The position numbers and the translations under genes are program-made. The notes below the pieces were generated by a model, which was not told the origin of the DNA, did not search any database, and saw only the letters and a program-made list of their open reading frames with translations. A DNA stretch of 64,000 nucleotides from Podarcis bocagei (Eukaryota), in NCBI GenBank assembly GCA_964188305.1, contig OZ076889.1; one strand, 5' to 3'. Positions 14,401 through 64,000 of this stretch are shown here, one piece after another. Each line of letters begins with the position of its first letter. Within the stretch, counting starts at the first letter, position 1.

Positions 14401-16580
14401 ATGGCAGTTTCCCTCTTTAAATTCCTCCCGATGTTCGGATGAATGGAAGTGAATTTATCTGGAAGGAAAACAAGGGTTGTGGGGATGGAATGGTGCCTTA
14501 TTTGCAATTAAGATGGTCACTGATGGTTATTTCTCCCCCCCCCCCGAGATATTAGCAGCTCCTTGCGCCTAGCACTGAAGTCCTCTTTACACCAGCATTG
14601 GAACAGAAGATCTACTGAGAAGGGGTTTTCACAGGTCTACCTCAAACTTGCAATGGAATTCAGGAATCAACCCGCAAGGCGAAGGGGTTTTGAGTTTAAA
14701 AATGAAACCAAAACACTCAATTAAGTTTCATTTTGCTTGTTTCTTTAAGGAACACTTATCTCTTGGCAAAGTACCGTCTCCCCACATGGCAGGCGGTGCT
14801 TTGGGCAGTGCTTAGACAAGGCACAGGAGTTTCTGCTGTGCGTTCTTCCAAAGGAAAGCTGTACACTTTTGAATGTCGGGATGATGGCCAGAAAGGAGAT
14901 ACAGCTACAAGCAACTAGGCTCTCTCTTTGCTTCCAGGCAGCACTTCCCAGGTTAAGCATTCTGTGGTGACCCATCACACCAAGATTTGCCCTCGGTTTT
15001 TAAAACTGTGGATGCCCATGCTTTACACTCTCTCTCTCTCTCGTACAAACTGGCCCTCACTGAGATATGCTCTGAAGAGTTTCAGCAAGTTCCCCATATA
15101 GCTACGCACTGCAAGGCTGTTGCCCGACCAGCATCTTAATACTAGGAGATGTGTGCTAAGATGAGGATGACGCCACCCTCGTTCAATGCAAGAGCTGATT
15201 TACCTTCTCCAGCATTTTTTTAAAAAATATTATTGTTTTTAGGCAGCTTAAGCCGCAACATCAATTTTGGGGAAAAGATGCAGGCCAGTTTCAGTGAAAT
15301 GAAAAGGGAAGGCACTCCTAATGAGAAATGTGGAGAAGCTGTATTGCTATGCCTCATTCAAATTATAACTGAGGAAGGTGCTTTGTGATGTAACTAGGCC
15401 CAACTCCATAGCACCAAGTCATTTGCAATTTCACAAAGGCCTTTGCATTCCTGTTACACTGTTAACTCTTCAGCACACAAAATGCAAGAGAAGCTGTAGT
15501 AATAGCTCGTTACTAGATCTGGCCCGGCCCAACTTCTTTACATTTTGCACTGTCTGAGGAGCTACCCCTCTTCCCATAATAAGCCTTCTGAAAGTATACA
15601 GCGACCATGGCCTGGACTTATGCAACGTTATTTGGGATCATTTATTATTATCAGGCGTGGAATTGGGATGTTGACCTTATAGGGCCAATGACTTCATTAA
15701 TCTGAGAGTCAAAATAGTAAAACCCTAAAGTCAAATTGAACAGAAATCACCTCAGCTAACACAGAGTGCCTATGTGATCTGCTCTTAATTCATATACAAC
15801 TCATTTCCCCCAGAGGCCATGTTCCATTCCCTCAGAGAAAACGGTGCTCTCATAACTCCTTGTTGCTTGGCCTTCTTCAAGCCACATTGTTTAGAAGACT
15901 TTTTAAGACTTTAAAAGTCACTCTTATCTCTGGTGATTGATACCACCATGGAAACAGAGAGAGAGAGAGAGAGAATACACAAACAGAAAAATGGTAAAAA
16001 TCAGGTACCATTCCCTCTCCCCTCCCCCCTCCAATGGAAGACTGGGTTCACTTTCATGTCCAATACCTGATTCAGATCCCCCTCTAATAATGGCATCCTC
16101 TTAGTGCCCATCCCTTCTCCCCAAGGGCACAGGGAGGCATCTAAGATTCAGATTCTGCACATAAAATAGAGCTATCCCCACAACTGCACCATCTGATGTA
16201 CACACAGCTGCTTTAAGAGAATCTGAACCTTGTTTCTTCACGCATGCAACTTCAACAAGGGAAAGTGACTGTTACAGACACACGGAACCCAACTTGAAGG
16301 AACAAGACGTATCAAAGCTGGCAGTTTCTCTCCTGAGAAACTCTCTCAAATAATGGTTGAGAAAACAATGGTTGAGAAGCAAATCTCTAGCCATGTGGTA
16401 CTGTGGTTCCTGCGGCTAAATAATCATAAATGGGGGTGGAGGAGGGAGAGAGGGAGGAAATAGGCATATATGTATTAGCACTTAACAGGAAGTGGCTGCA
16501 GTGTATGGTCAGATGTTGGTGCCTAAGTTGCATGGAGGGGGCGGAGGGTGGGGAGAAAGAGGAGGATCAAAGTTCAGAGG
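11450..16580 (-). other. ATP2B4: ATP2B4 3'UTR (~5.1 kb)
   Basis: AU-rich and without recognisable TEs downstream of the stop; minus-strand AATAAA at 11470-11475 followed by a GU-rich element, second AATAAA at 11418-11423. Confidence 0.6.
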
Positions 16581-62414
<45,834 letters not shown>

Positions 62415-64000
62415 CTGCCATGGGATGACAGAGAGAGAGAGAGAGAGAGAGAATGTTTTCAGTAACAAACTTACTTTTACAGCCACTATCTGCCAGTTGC
62501 CCTTCACAAAAACCATAAAACAGAATTGTTGTTTGTGACACTAGCATAATACTTGCTACCTGCCCATATTATGATGAGCAAGTAGTGAGACGAAGGAAGT
62601 AATAATGTTCTCCAAACCATTAATACAAAATAAGGAAGGAACTAGCCTGGGTTTTTTTTTTTGTAACGAGTGGCCTTGGTGAGTCCCTTTGAAAGCAGAG
62701 GAAGGCACATTGCACTAGAAGCTCAGAATGACAAAGGGTCGAAAAGGGAGGAGTTATTTTTATCCACATAATAAAGGTCACTACATAGCATATTAACACA
62801 TTTTCAAAAGCATAAGTCTAAAACCCTCTACACACTGACCAAAAGTGAATCCTGCTGGAGACAGCAGGACTTACTTCTGAGGAAAAATGTGTTAAGATTG
62901 GGCCTGGAGCCTTGTAGCTGGACAGTGGCAAGGAAAGTCTGTGCACAGTTGATGGAAAACTCCTATTCATTGAAGGAGACATGTTCAGGGACAGCCCATT
63001 CACAAGGCATTAAATGTCTTGATGACACTGACCAAGGACATTTAAGAAACATAAAATAACAAAAGTACCGCTTGCTCTTTCCCCACTGTCATTCTGGCCC
63101 TATTTATTGCCCTTTACTCAGCTATTCCAAACCACCTTGGCTCACAGGTTCAACATTACTCCGTCTCTGAAAGCTCATACCCATACAAAACCATTAGGAA
63201 AAATGGTTTCCTCTCTTGGTTTGACTTGTTACCCCACAAAGCTGTCCCACCCCCAAATTCAGGGGAAACAAGGAAAAGTCCACAAACCAAAGCAAACTGT
63301 CAGAAGATACCACAATGGTTCTCTCTGACCCCCCCAAACCCAAAAGGCATCTCCCATACACACCTTAACTTCTTTCCTCTCCATCCTTCCCATCTTAGGG
63401 AAGCAGTAAACAACTGTGCCTAGTATCCTAGATCATGAAGACTGTAATTTCCATGCAGCTGAAAATATGTGAAGGGTCTCAGATGAAAACCTTTGGTGGA
63501 ATTCAGTGTCATGTTGATACAATTGTGCCACCAGCACAAGCATTTCTGCTTGGCCAGTGCGGTGATCTCCCCATACCACACCCACCCACACTGTTCTAGG
63601 GGTTCTCCTGACCCCCTTACAGCAGATTTGGGAGAGGTGTGGGCTGTCTGGGAGGGACACCCTCTTGTGCTACCAGGAATCTCTGTGCTGGCTTCCACTA
63701 GCCCACCATATTGCTTAAATCCAGCCCTCTGTGTTTGCAATCACTTCAGATGTGAAGACTCTATCATTAATGATTACCTGTTTGTAGGAGCGGATCACTT
63801 GATGTTGCTATCACCAAGTAATGAATACGCAAGCATGAGCCAGCCCCTGGGAACTTAAAGTTGGAAGGCACTACTGAGCTATCAGGTTTAGCATCTGCCT
63901 GCAAGGCAGAACCAGAAGTGGTTGTGGTTCTTTGAAGCTTCCTAACATACTTGTTAGCAACCCGCCCTGCTTCTTTTGGGATGCAGGATGAGAGCCATTC

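Overview
Vertebrate (squamate, most likely lacertid lizard, judged from Sauria/Squam SINEs, BovB and L2 repeats) genomic DNA. The + strand carries the last coding exon and 3'UTR of ZC3H11A (1772-~3960). The - strand carries coding exons 4-22 (human numbering) of the plasma-membrane Ca2+-ATPase ATP2B4/PMCA4 (62414 down to stop at 16581) plus a ~5 kb 3'UTR; exons 1-3 lie beyond the window. All 19 exons were traced by hand, have GT-AG boundaries and join in frame, including the 36-nt splice-site-A exon and a 199-nt splice-site-C exon. The two genes are convergent, with no recognisable LAX1 between them, unlike the mammalian tandem order. Introns hold many transposon relics (SINEs, L2, CR1, BovB, hAT/Tc1-mariner/Harbinger MITEs, solo LTRs), some nested. 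No prokaryotic-type system, CRISPR array, rRNA or intact tRNA gene is present. The most novel signals are unexplained splice acceptors around PMCA4 splice site C: a candidate 26-nt microexon that would restore the b-tail/PDZ frame after the 199-nt exon, and a second candidate acceptor 294 nt upstream of the last exon. There is also an orphan minus-strand poly(A) site at ~7.2 kb. These are hypotheses from sequence reading only; comparisons to human proteins and repeat consensus sequences are from memory, not database searches.
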